A stretch of DNA of 64,000 bases from an uncultured Gemmatimonadota bacterium (GTDB lineage Bacteria > JAAXHH01), in the NCBI GenBank assembly GCA_951812955.1, contig OX638340.1, positions 3,744,001 through 3,808,000 of the forward strand, given 5' to 3'. Below, one piece after another: positions 28,817-38,096 of the stretch (position 1 is its first letter; every line of letters begins with the position of its first letter). The notes under the pieces are model-generated. The model saw nothing but the letters and a program-made list of their open reading frames with translations. It searched no databases and was not told the origin of the DNA. The translations under genes were made by a program, and so were the position numbers.

Positions 28817-29776
28817 TTGTTCATGTTGCGCGCAGGATTCATCGGCGCCGGGGGCCGTTCCCAGAGCGCCCACTACCCGGCGGTCGAGCGGTTGCCGGAC
28901 GTCGAAATGACCGCCGTGTGCGAACTGGACGAGACGCGCCTGGCGCAGGTTACCGAACGCTACGACTTTCCGCACGTGTACACGGACCATCGCGCCATGC
29001 TCTCGGAAGTGGAACTGGACGTGATCTACTGCGTCATGCATGAAAAATGGCTGCTCCAGCCCGCCCTCGACTGCCTTCGCGCGGGCAAGCATATTTTCAT
29101 GGAAAAACCTCCCGGCGCGAACAGCGGGGAGACGAGGCAGTTGATGGACGCCGCCGTGGAACACGACGTGTACGCCATGGTGGGATATCAACGACGTTTT
29201 ACCACGGTCGTCCGTGAAGCCATGCGGCGCATACGGGAAAGAGGTCCGGTCTCCCATGCCGTGACCACCTTCAACAAGAAACTGCTTTACGACAAGCAAC
29301 CGTACTCGACGACCCTGTGGGACGACGTGACCCATGTGGTGGACCTGCTGCGGTACATGGTGGGCAGCGAACCCGTCGAAGTGACCCGTTACCGGGACAA
29401 GTTTGAATCGGTCGCCTGGAATCACTACACGGCGCTGGTCCGTTTCGCCAGCGGCGCCACGGGCGTGGTATTCGGAAACCGCGCCTCCGGCGGCCGGGTG
29501 CTGAGCGCCGAACTGCACGGCGTGGGCATCGGCTGCTACATGAAGCTGCCCGAGGAAATCGACATCCGCGAGGACGATCGCCAGACTGTCCTGCAGGGCT
29601 GGGAGATCAACGGCGATGACGCGGAAGATTCGCCCCGTTACGAGGGAGCGCTCGCCATGCACGAGCACTTCGTGGATTCCGTGCGCAACCAGACCATCCC
29701 CGTCAGCGATCTTCGTGACGTCATACATACCATCCGTCTCGTGGACTGGATCGAATCGGGGTATCGTCCCGACTAG
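28817..29776 (+). CDS. Gfo/Idh/MocA family oxidoreductase
   Basis: N-terminal Rossmann GFIGAGG; EKP motif (IFMEKPPG). Confidence 0.85.
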   Translation: MFMLRAGFIGAGGRSQSAHYPAVERLPDVEMTAVCELDETRLAQVTERYDFPHVYTDHRAMLSEVELDVIYCVMHEKWLLQPALDCLRAGKHIFMEKPPGANSGETRQLMDAAVEHDVYAMVGYQRRFTTVVREAMRRIRERGPVSHAVTTFNKKLLYDKQPYSTTLWDDVTHVVDLLRYMVGSEPVEVTRYRDKFESVAWNHYTALVRFASGATGVVFGNRASGGRVLSAELHGVGIGCYMKLPEEIDIREDDRQTVLQGWEINGDDAEDSPRYEGALAMHEHFVDSVRNQTIPVSDLRDVIHTIRLVDWIESGYRPD

Positions 29777-29906
29777 GGCGGCGTAGAATAGCGCGGCTAT
29801 CCAGTCCAATCAATGCCGACGCAAATGGCCTCAGCAGCGCACTGGCAATGGCCGCGGCAGCGCACCGAAAATGGCCGCGGCGCCCGGTCACCAGACCCTT
29901 CGCATC

Positions 29907-30365
29907 ATGCAACGGCTCAATTTTCCGGATTACGCATTTGAAATCGAATCGGACGACGCGGGCCGCAGCGTCATTTTCGACGGGGTCCGGCGCAGGTTCG
30001 TTCGCCTGACACCCGAAGAATGGGTCAGGCAGCACCTGGTGCGCTACCTGGTCGAGGACCGGGGCTTCCCGGCAGGCTGGGCGGCCGTGGAAAAAGGCTT
30101 CCAGTACGCCGGCACAGCCGTTCGCGCCGACGTGATCATGCACGATCGGGACGGCCGGCCGGTCCTGATGGGAGAATGCAAGGCGCCTGAGGTTCGCATG
30201 ACCGAAGCCGTCTTCGAGCAACTGGCCCGGTACAATTCGGTCATCAACGCCCGGTACCTGGTGGCCACCAACGGCAAGACGCACTTCTGTTGCGAACACG
30301 AGGCCGGCGGCGGATACCGCTATCTTACGGAACTGCCCCGCTTCGAGAGTGCTAGAGGAGTCTGA
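29907..30365 (+). CDS. type I restriction enzyme HsdR N-terminal-domain-like protein (PD-(D/E)xK fold), standalone
   Basis: LTPEEWVRQH..D..x..GECKAP matches the conserved standalone HsdR_N family common in Bacteroidetes; D-x(n)-E-C-K nuclease-like motif. Confidence 0.8.
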   Translation: MQRLNFPDYAFEIESDDAGRSVIFDGVRRRFVRLTPEEWVRQHLVRYLVEDRGFPAGWAAVEKGFQYAGTAVRADVIMHDRDGRPVLMGECKAPEVRMTEAVFEQLARYNSVINARYLVATNGKTHFCCEHEAGGGYRYLTELPRFESARGV

Positions 30366-30367
30366 TC

Positions 30368-31171
30368 GTGGCGGAAGGACTGATACTCGCGGCCCGAGGA
30401 TCGTTGGAACAGCGGGTCGAAGCCCTGGAACAGGAGGGTTATGTCTTCTTCCCCGGTGTACTCTCCGGAGAAGAGGTCGCCGAACTGCGATGCGCCATCG
30501 ACCGGCTTGAAGCCCGTCCCGAAGAATACGACCGGCATACAAACCCCGAGACCCACGGGTTTCTGAACAAGTCCATCAACAATGTATTCAATCGCGACTC
30601 CGTATTCCTGTCCTTCCTGGACCGTCCGGACGTCATAGACGTGGTCGAAGCCGCCCATGGACCGGACTGTCACGTCATCGGCATGACGGCGTGGATGACG
30701 GGCCCCGGCCGGCCGGACCAGGGCATCCACGTGGACTGGCAGCCGCTGGAACTGCCCGAAGACGTCATGGACGATCCGCGAGTCGAGGTGCCCGTTTACA
30801 TCTCCACGGTTCACTATTACCTGGACGATCTCTACGAGGCCCTGGGACCCACCCAGTTCATTCCAGGCAGCCATCGGGCCGGCCGCGTACCCGCCACCGG
30901 GGAATCCGCCTGGCGCGGAGTCGAACCCCGCAGCATCATCTGCTCGGCCGGAGACGCCGTCCTGTTTCGCTGCGAGGTCTGGCACCGCGGGACGGCTAAC
31001 ACGAGCGACCGGGTGCGCTACCTGCTCCAGGTCCACTACGCACAGCGCATGATCACGCAGAAGTTCCCGCCCTACCTGAACCGGTTCCGGTTCGACCCGG
31101 TCATCCTGTCCCGCGCCACGGACCGCCAGCGCCGGCTGTTGGGCGAGCACGTGCAGGGCAATTACGACTGA
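30368..31171 (+). CDS. phytanoyl-CoA dioxygenase (PhyH) family Fe(II)/2-oxoglutarate oxygenase
   Basis: HVDW (HxD) and VWHRG (distal His) motifs; GTG start with GAGGAG SD. Confidence 0.8.
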   Translation: MAEGLILAARGSLEQRVEALEQEGYVFFPGVLSGEEVAELRCAIDRLEARPEEYDRHTNPETHGFLNKSINNVFNRDSVFLSFLDRPDVIDVVEAAHGPDCHVIGMTAWMTGPGRPDQGIHVDWQPLELPEDVMDDPRVEVPVYISTVHYYLDDLYEALGPTQFIPGSHRAGRVPATGESAWRGVEPRSIICSAGDAVLFRCEVWHRGTANTSDRVRYLLQVHYAQRMITQKFPPYLNRFRFDPVILSRATDRQRRLLGEHVQGNYD

Positions 31172-31200
31172 TCCACGACATTCATTCAGGAGGAACCCAG

Positions 31201-32187
31201 ATGAAATTCATCAGATTCAGCGTCGTTTTCCTGTTCACAGCCGTTTTCGTTCTCCAGGCCGCCGCACAGACGCGAGAGCAGGGACCTTGGTGGCCCCATC
31301 CCATCTGGGGCAAGGACGACCAGTCGGGCGGCTCCAACTGGATAACGCCCGAAAAAGTGCTGAAGGCCCTGACCCTGGTCAAGACGGGCCAGATCTACGA
31401 AATCGGCCAGGTGTACAGCGCGGACATGCCTCTCTTCGGCGACCGGACCTATTCCATGGTAATGCCGGGGTCTCCCACGGGCGAACCCATGGGCGATAAC
31501 AACCTGGTCTATTACGACGAGTTCCTGGTGGCCGAAATCGGCCAGGTCGGCACGCAGTTCGACGGACCGGGCCACATCGGCGAGCGGATCACGATGGCGG
31601 ACGGAACGGAAAAGGACGTTTTCTACAACGGATTCACCAATGAGGAGATCAAGGGACCCTACGGACTCGCAAAGCTGGGCATCGAGCACATCGGACCCTT
31701 CATCACCCGGGGCATCCTGGTCGACGTGGCCGCGTTCAAGGGCGTTGAATCCCTCGACCACGGTTACGAGGTCACGGTGGCGGACGTCGAAGACGCGCTG
31801 CAGCGCCAGGGCATTGCGATGGAAAGTCTGGAGCCGGGAGACGCCTATTTCTTCCGTTACGGCTGGGCGCGGCACTGGAACGACCACGACAAGTACAACA
31901 CCGATCCCCCGGGCATCGGCATGGAAGTCGCCCGGTGGGTGGTCGAGAAGCAGGCTTCGATGATCGGTTCGGACCAGTGGACGACCGAGGTGGTGCCCAA
32001 TCCGGATGCCGGCCAGGCCTTTCCGGTCCACCAGGAACTCATCACCCGGAACGGCGTATGGAACCTCGAGAACATGAACCTGGACGAACTTTCGGGCGAC
32101 GGCGTCTACGAGTTCCTCTTCATTCACACGCCCATTCGATTCAAGGGTGCGACGGGTTCGCCCGCCCGCCCGATCGCCATCAGGTAA
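31201..32187 (+). CDS. cyclase family protein (kynurenine-formamidase-like), secreted
   Basis: Signal peptide; HxGxH-type motif (FDGPGHIGE) typical of the putative cyclase family; AGGAGG SD. Confidence 0.8.
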   Translation: MKFIRFSVVFLFTAVFVLQAAAQTREQGPWWPHPIWGKDDQSGGSNWITPEKVLKALTLVKTGQIYEIGQVYSADMPLFGDRTYSMVMPGSPTGEPMGDNNLVYYDEFLVAEIGQVGTQFDGPGHIGERITMADGTEKDVFYNGFTNEEIKGPYGLAKLGIEHIGPFITRGILVDVAAFKGVESLDHGYEVTVADVEDALQRQGIAMESLEPGDAYFFRYGWARHWNDHDKYNTDPPGIGMEVARWVVEKQASMIGSDQWTTEVVPNPDAGQAFPVHQELITRNGVWNLENMNLDELSGDGVYEFLFIHTPIRFKGATGSPARPIAIR

Positions 32188-32214
32188 TAACCACGCCGAC
32201 GAAAGGAGCGGAAC

Positions 32215-32991
32215 GTGACAGCATTCGAAGGAAAAGTGGTCATCGTGACAGGGGGCGCCAAAGGTATTGGCGGCGGCATCGTCCGCGCCTTCGCCGGTGA
32301 GGGGGCGCACGTCCTTTGCGCCGATATAGACGACGATGCAGGTGCGGAGATCGTCGCATCCAGCGACCGGATCCGCTACGTCCACGCCGACGTGACCACG
32401 AGCGAAGTATGCCGTTTCCTGGTGGAGACCGCGATGGAAGCCTGGGGAGGCGTCGATATACTCTGCAACAACGTGGGGATACAGCCGACGTCGAGCTATC
32501 TGCCCGCTCACGAAATGTCCGAAGAGCAGTGGGACCGGATCATAAATGTCAACCTGAAGAGCCGATTCCTGATGGTCAAATACTGCGTTCCCGTGATGAA
32601 ACAACGCGGGGGCGGCGTGATCATCAACACGGCGAGCGTTCAGGGACTGCAGTCGGCGAAGGGTATATCAGCCTACGCGGCGAGCAAGGGGGGCGACCTG
32701 TCACTGGTGCGTCAACTTGCCTTGGATTACGCCGAGGACAATATCCGCGTGGTGGCGGTCAACCCGGGCACCATCGAAACGCCCCTCCTGCAGGAGGCCA
32801 TCGATTCGATCGGCGGCGCCGAGGACGAAATCCGGACAGATATGGCTTCCCGGCACGCCGTGAACCGGCTCGGCAGTCCGGAGGATATTGCCAATGCCGT
32901 GCTGTTCCTGGCCAGTGACCGGGCCTCCTTCATCACGGGTGAATACGTGAACGTGGACGGGGGACTGATGGCTCGGGGGGCGTGGGCCTAG
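32215..32991 (+). CDS. SDR family oxidoreductase
   Basis: TGGAKGIG cofactor motif, NNVG, YAASK catalytic triad region. Confidence 0.85.
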   Translation: MTAFEGKVVIVTGGAKGIGGGIVRAFAGEGAHVLCADIDDDAGAEIVASSDRIRYVHADVTTSEVCRFLVETAMEAWGGVDILCNNVGIQPTSSYLPAHEMSEEQWDRIINVNLKSRFLMVKYCVPVMKQRGGGVIINTASVQGLQSAKGISAYAASKGGDLSLVRQLALDYAEDNIRVVAVNPGTIETPLLQEAIDSIGGAEDEIRTDMASRHAVNRLGSPEDIANAVLFLASDRASFITGEYVNVDGGLMARGAWA

Positions 32992-33227
32992 GGGGGTGTA
33001 ACAAAGCTACTGCGGTACATGCTGCTATAGGAGCATTACAAGAAAACTCGACGTGAAGCCGGCACATTCCCCATTCTTGGATCACGTTTGTTTTTTTCAT
33101 TCGAGAAACCCGCAGTGATTCCGACTGAGGAAGAAACCGGTTCAGATGCGGATAGGAAATCGCAATCCGAGCGCTGTGAAAGTTTCGTCAGTACGATGAA
33201 TACATTTTAGCGTAGGAAAGTTAGGAT

Positions 33228-33347
33228 ATGAGCGTCGAGTTGATCGGGATAATCAGTATGGGCGTTGCCCTGGCTGGACTTATTCTGGCGTCTAGGCGGG
33301 ATATCAATCTCCGTCCTGTATCCCTGGAACAGGGCAGGCAGACCTGA
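33228..33347 (+). CDS. possible small hydrophobic peptide (39 aa) in AT-rich island
   Basis: ATG preceded by GGAAAG; MSVELIGIISMGVALAGLILASRRD.. is a single TM-like helix followed by a basic patch; could be a non-coding artefact. Confidence 0.2.
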   Translation: MSVELIGIISMGVALAGLILASRRDINLRPVSLEQGRQT

Positions 33348-33390
33348 GAGAGCGTATGGCAAGACTGGATGAGATGCTGGAAGGACGATT

Positions 33391-34248
33391 CTACACAACA
33401 CGTTGATCAGCTCGTAATTGTCTTTTTGCAGCGATGCGTTTGCGCCTGAGCATCCCAGCCCAATACTGAATCCCGCTATCCTTAGATTCCCTTGCACACC
33501 TCCGCACTGCAGCACGAAGCACTTTATTATTCTTAAGGTTTTCGATGACTTCTAGTCGTGGGCGAACGGGTCCACGACTTAACCACTCCGCTGCGTCCCA
33601 CGCCGGGTCAAGTTTGCTCTCGGCCGATATTGCTTTTCTAGCCTCTTCCTCGATTCGGTGGTTTATGTCTTTTGGGGTCCAACTGAATATGAGCGACAAT
33701 AGAGCACGTATAATCTCACGATAGACATAGCCAATCATTGGTTCGGCAGTGTTGTTACGACCCTCGATACTTTCGTACCTTTTTGCTACAAAGACTTCGG
33801 CTTTGCCATGTTCCTTAAAATAGTCAACAATATTTGTGTTGGGCTGGATGGACGTGACGCTTTCCAGATATTGGATGGTGCTGTCGAAACATCGCTCCAG
33901 TTCATTAAATGCCGTTATGTTGTGCTTTTGAACATCCGCCAACAGTAGATGTAGTTTGTGCCCACGAGAACGAACCTGATTCTCTGACAGGCCGCCGTCT
34001 ATCAGAATCGCCTTTAGGCCCTTCTCGATTGCTTCGTGAGCATTCTTGGTGTCCGCCCTGATCCTTGCCTTTGAGTATGCTGTGGAGAGTAGTCCAATCT
34101 GAAGGAGTCTTTTGAAGAATTCATCTTCAGATTGTGCATCTAAGTTTGCTGCATCAGTCAGGCGACTATGGATATCGCGCGACGGTCTATCCAGTTCATC
34201 GAGGGCATACCTTAGGTCTGCCCATACGTCTTCCTTTTTTAACGACAT
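33391..34248 (-). CDS. hypothetical protein with HEPN-like motif (R-x4-H), AT-rich island
   Basis: 285 aa, Lys/Glu-rich, lower-GC codon usage; segment EAIEKGLKAILIDGG...RSRGHKLHLLL resembles the HEPN Rx4-6H helix; family not verifiable without search. Confidence 0.5.
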   Translation of the reverse strand: MSLKKEDVWADLRYALDELDRPSRDIHSRLTDAANLDAQSEDEFFKRLLQIGLLSTAYSKARIRADTKNAHEAIEKGLKAILIDGGLSENQVRSRGHKLHLLLADVQKHNITAFNELERCFDSTIQYLESVTSIQPNTNIVDYFKEHGKAEVFVAKRYESIEGRNNTAEPMIGYVYREIIRALLSLIFSWTPKDINHRIEEEARKAISAESKLDPAWDAAEWLSRGPVRPRLEVIENLKNNKVLRAAVRRCARESKDSGIQYWAGMLRRKRIAAKRQLRADQRVV

Positions 34249-34421
34249 TTTAATGCCTGCCTTTCAGCACACACAGAACAGATCCACTTGTTGTCAAGAA
34301 TGATCAGACTTTCTACAGTCTTCTCTTTGTCCAATTCGTGGTTTGCAATTGATTTCAGGCTGCGGCAAGGCATACCTGAACAGCCGTGAAACGCCCATTG
34401 GCTAAAATCCGAAATAACCAC
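34239..34421 (-). CDS. small Cys-rich protein (putative zinc-ribbon), translationally coupled to downstream HEPN-like gene
   Basis: 60-aa ORF (GTG start; internal ATG gives 44 aa) with C-x4-C ... C-x2-C; its stop overlaps the next gene's start (ATGTCGTTAA). Confidence 0.35.
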   Translation of the reverse strand: MVISDFSQWAFHGCSGMPCRSLKSIANHELDKEKTVESLIILDNKWICSVCAERQALKCR

Positions 34422-34606
34422 GATTCAATAGCCTGGCCTTATGCCGCACAGAATAGATAGATCCGGATTAGACCCTGGAATCTGACAATGAGTTACTAGT
34501 CAGGGCGGGATTGGTGCTATCGAAACCGCTGCCGATCATTCTTCATCACGGGTGTATTCGTGGACGTTAACAGGGACTTGATGGGATGGTCCGCAAGCAC
34601 GTGGGC

Positions 34607-35368
34607 CTAGGCCGGCTCGTCGCTGTCCTTCGACTTGAAGATGCGCAGGAGCCGGTTGAGGGGGTCGTAGAACTCGCCGACGACCCTTTCCTTCAGGGGA
34701 ATGATGGCGTTGTCCGTGATCGTGATCTCTTCGGGACAGACGTTGGTGCAGCACTTGGTGATGTTGCAGTAGCCGATGCCCTGGTCGTCCTTGAGGTCGC
34801 CGAGGCGGTCCCCGGTGTCGAGGGGATGCATCTCCAGGGCGGCGTTGTGCACCATGAGGCGCGGGCCGATGAACTCCTCGTGCAGGTCATGCTCCCGCAG
34901 GACGTGACAGACGTCCTGGCAAAGAAAGCACTCGATGCACTTGCGGAACTCCTGCACCCGCTCGATATCTTCCTGGTCCATGCGCCAGGTACCGTCCTCG
35001 GCGTCTGGCTTGCGGGGCTTGAAGGGCTTGATCTTTTCCTTCGCGCGGTAATTCCAGGACACGTCGGTGACCAGGTCCCGTATCGTCTTGAAGGCCTTCA
35101 TCGGCTCGATCGTGATGGCCTCGTCCTCGGGCAGGTCGCTCATCCGCGTCATGCACATCAGCTTCGGGTTGCCGTTGACCTCGGCGGAACAGGAGCCGCA
35201 CTTGCCGGCCTTGCAATTCCAGCGGACCGCGAGGTCCGGGGCCGATTCCGCCTGGATCTGGTGCACCGCGTCCAGCACTACCATGCCTTCGTCGATCTCG
35301 GTGGAGTAGTTCTCGAAATCGCCGGTCTCACCATCGCCTCGCCAGATTCGGAAGTTGGCCGTCGCCAT
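34607..35368 (-). CDS. sdhB: succinate dehydrogenase/fumarate reductase iron-sulfur subunit
   Basis: 2Fe-2S (CKAGKCGSC), 4Fe-4S and 3Fe-4S cysteine clusters (CIECFLCQDVC, CTNVCP). Confidence 0.9.
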   Translation of the reverse strand: MATANFRIWRGDGETGDFENYSTEIDEGMVVLDAVHQIQAESAPDLAVRWNCKAGKCGSCSAEVNGNPKLMCMTRMSDLPEDEAITIEPMKAFKTIRDLVTDVSWNYRAKEKIKPFKPRKPDAEDGTWRMDQEDIERVQEFRKCIECFLCQDVCHVLREHDLHEEFIGPRLMVHNAALEMHPLDTGDRLGDLKDDQGIGYCNITKCCTNVCPEEITITDNAIIPLKERVVGEFYDPLNRLLRIFKSKDSDEPA

Positions 35369-37182
35369 TATCTGTTCTCCTCGATGATCGCTGCCAGGTC
35401 CTCCCTGATGGACTGGACCGGAACGCGGTTGATCACCATTTCACCGTCTTCATTCCTGTGCTGGGTAATGTTGATGCTTCCGAATTCCTCGTCCTTGTCC
35501 TCGTAGTCCTCGCGGAAGTGGGCGCCCCGGCTCTCCTTCCTTTCCAGCGCGGCGCGGGCCACCGCCTCCGACACGATCATCAGGAACTTGAGATCCAGCG
35601 CGGTGTGCCATCCGGGATTGTATTCCCGGTTTCCGATGACAGAGACTTTCTGCGCCCGCTGCCTGAGTTCGTCGATCACTTCCAGCGCTTTCTGCATGTC
35701 CCCTTCGTTTCGAACGATGCCGACGAGCTCCTGCATCCGGTCCTGCAGCTCGTACTGGATGTCGAAGGGATTCTCACCGCTGTTCTCCCGGTCGAAGGGC
35801 GCCAGGGTCTCGGCGACGGCCGCTTCGACCTGGCCTTCGTCGATGGTCCCGTTCTCGTTCTCGCGTGCGAACTCCGCCGCGTACCGGCCGGCGCGCTGTC
35901 CGAACACCAGCAGATCGGAAAGGGAGTTGCCACCCAGTCGATTGGCGCCGTGCAGGCCCGCGGCACATTCCCCGGCGGCGAAAAGACCGGGCACGGTAGA
36001 CATCTGCGTGTCGGCGTCCACGAGCACTCCGCCCATCACGTAATGGGTGGTGGGGCCTACTTCCATGGCCTCCTTCGTGATGTCGATGTCGGCCAGTTGC
36101 TTGAACTGGTGATACATGCTGGGCAGCTTGCGCTTGATGTGTTCTTCGGCGTTCGGCAGTTTTTCCTTGATCCAGGCGATGTCGAGGTATACGCCGTCGT
36201 GGGGCGACCCGCGGCCTTCCCTGATTTCCCGGACGATGCACCGCGCCACGTGATCACGCGTCAGCAGTTCCGGCGGACGACGGGCCTCCTTGTCTCCCTG
36301 GGTGTATATCCAGCCCTCTTCGGGACTGTCCGCAGTCTGGTTCTTGTACAGATCGGGGATGTCGTCGAACATGAACCGATTGCCTTCGCTGTTCGTCAGG
36401 GTGCCGCCCTCGCCGCGGACGCCTTCCGTGACCAGGATGCCCCGCACGCTCGGTGGCCAGACCATGCCCGTCGGGTGGAACTGGACGAATTCCATGTCCA
36501 GCAGCTCGGCCCCGGCTTCGTAGGCCAGTCCGTGGCCGTCTCCCGTGTATTCCCAGCTGTTGCTCGTAATCTTGAAGGCCCGGCCGATGCCGCCCGTGGC
36601 CAGGATGACCGCCTTGGCGCGAAAGACCCGAAAACGTCCCCGCTCCCGGTCGTAGCCGAAGGCGCCGACGACCCGGTCTCCGTCCTTCAGCAGGGCCACG
36701 ATGGCGTGTTCCATATACACTTCCATGCCCTGGTGGATCCCGTAATCCTGCAGGGTCCGTATCATCTCCAGGCCGGTACGGTCGCCCACGTGGGCCAGCC
36801 GAGGATACTTGTGCCCCCCGAAGTTGCGCTGCAGTATGCGGCCGTCGTCCGTCCGGTCGAACAGGGCGCCCCAGGCTTCCAGTTCCCGCACGCGGTCCGG
36901 CGCTTCCCTGGCGTGCAGCTCGGCCATGCGCCAGTTGCTCAGGTACTGGCCGCCCCGCATCGTGTCGGCGAAATGCACGCTCCAGCCGTCCCGGTCGTCC
37001 ACGTTGGCCAGCGCCGCCGCGACCCCGCCTTCGGCCATGACCGTATGGGCTTTGCCCAGTAGGGATTTGCACACCAGACCTACTGAAACTCCGGCCGACG
37101 AGGCCTCGATCGCCGCCCGGAGCCCTGCTCCGCCGGCTCCGATCACCAGTACGTCATGTTCATGATGCTGGTATTCCGCCAT
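35368..37182 (-). CDS. sdhA: succinate dehydrogenase/fumarate reductase flavoprotein subunit
   Basis: FAD-binding VLVIGAGGAGLRAA, covalent-FAD His region, active-site motifs; start MAEYQ at 37182 overlaps the sdhC stop (TAATG) and its stop overlaps the sdhB start. Confidence 0.92.
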   Translation of the reverse strand: MAEYQHHEHDVLVIGAGGAGLRAAIEASSAGVSVGLVCKSLLGKAHTVMAEGGVAAALANVDDRDGWSVHFADTMRGGQYLSNWRMAELHAREAPDRVRELEAWGALFDRTDDGRILQRNFGGHKYPRLAHVGDRTGLEMIRTLQDYGIHQGMEVYMEHAIVALLKDGDRVVGAFGYDRERGRFRVFRAKAVILATGGIGRAFKITSNSWEYTGDGHGLAYEAGAELLDMEFVQFHPTGMVWPPSVRGILVTEGVRGEGGTLTNSEGNRFMFDDIPDLYKNQTADSPEEGWIYTQGDKEARRPPELLTRDHVARCIVREIREGRGSPHDGVYLDIAWIKEKLPNAEEHIKRKLPSMYHQFKQLADIDITKEAMEVGPTTHYVMGGVLVDADTQMSTVPGLFAAGECAAGLHGANRLGGNSLSDLLVFGQRAGRYAAEFARENENGTIDEGQVEAAVAETLAPFDRENSGENPFDIQYELQDRMQELVGIVRNEGDMQKALEVIDELRQRAQKVSVIGNREYNPGWHTALDLKFLMIVSEAVARAALERKESRGAHFREDYEDKDEEFGSINITQHRNEDGEMVINRVPVQSIREDLAAIIEENR

Positions 37183-37985
37183 TAAAGGATTCTCCAATCC
37201 GTCCACACGCCCATGGCCACGAGGCGCACGTATATATCCGAGAAACCGACCCATACCAGGCTCATCCAGGCCCAGGTCATGTGTCCCCGGTTCAAGCACG
37301 AGACGCAGTTGTAACCCGCGTGCCGGACGGGCGCTTTGGACAGATGATCCAGGTACCCGCCGATCAGGTGCCGCAGTGAGTGGCAGCCGAACTGGTAGCC
37401 GCCGAGCAGGACGACGTTCAAGGTCAACACAATGGTTCCGACGCCGATACCGAACGTAGTCTCACCCGTCGCCGCGTCCGTGAACCACATGGCCTTCCAT
37501 GCGTCCTGGACCAGGAAGATCCAGATGATGAATACCAGGTAAAGGAAGTATCGGTGAATGTTCTGCATGATCAACGGGAAGGATTGCTCCCCGCGGTACT
37601 TTTTCCTCGGTTCGGAAACGCTGCAGGATGGCGGGTCAGCCCAGAAAGCCTTGTAGTAAGCGCCCCGGTAGTAATAGCAGGTAATCCGGAATCCGGCCGG
37701 AGCCCAAAGGATTATGAAGGCAGGTGAAAACGGCAGCAGGGCCGGCCACCATACGGGTTTGGGACCGAACAGGGCATGGGACGAACTGCCGAAAATCTCT
37801 GGAGAATAAAAGGGCGACAGGTAGGGGCCCCAGGCGTAGAACTCACCCTGGAAGGCCGCCCAGGTTGAGTAGACGACAAAGGCGGAGAATACGCCGAATG
37901 TCAGTAATTGCTGCGCCCACCATGCGTCTCTGCGTTGCGTCTGACCAAAACCGCTCGTCTTCAGCGAAACACCGGTTGTCGACAT
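37182..37985 (-). CDS. sdhC: succinate dehydrogenase cytochrome b subunit, b558 family
   Basis: 267 aa, five TM, conserved His heme ligands; Bacteroidetes/Bacillus-type single large anchor subunit. Confidence 0.85.
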   Translation of the reverse strand: MSTTGVSLKTSGFGQTQRRDAWWAQQLLTFGVFSAFVVYSTWAAFQGEFYAWGPYLSPFYSPEIFGSSSHALFGPKPVWWPALLPFSPAFIILWAPAGFRITCYYYRGAYYKAFWADPPSCSVSEPRKKYRGEQSFPLIMQNIHRYFLYLVFIIWIFLVQDAWKAMWFTDAATGETTFGIGVGTIVLTLNVVLLGGYQFGCHSLRHLIGGYLDHLSKAPVRHAGYNCVSCLNRGHMTWAWMSLVWVGFSDIYVRLVAMGVWTDWRIL

Positions 37986-38096
37986 AGGCTATCCTCTTGA
38001 ATCCAGCGTACCGAACAACTGAATTTCACGGACAAAACACATTAGCGCAAAATAGACCGGCGAAGGCCGCAATGCAATAGAAAAATAACCTCGCTT

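Noticed and set aside
33000-33227. tRNA or integration-site remnant at the left edge of the AT-rich island
   Set aside because: Scanned for T-loop (GGTTCGAATCC-like) and acceptor-stem features; none found; no integrase or flanking direct repeats identified by eye.
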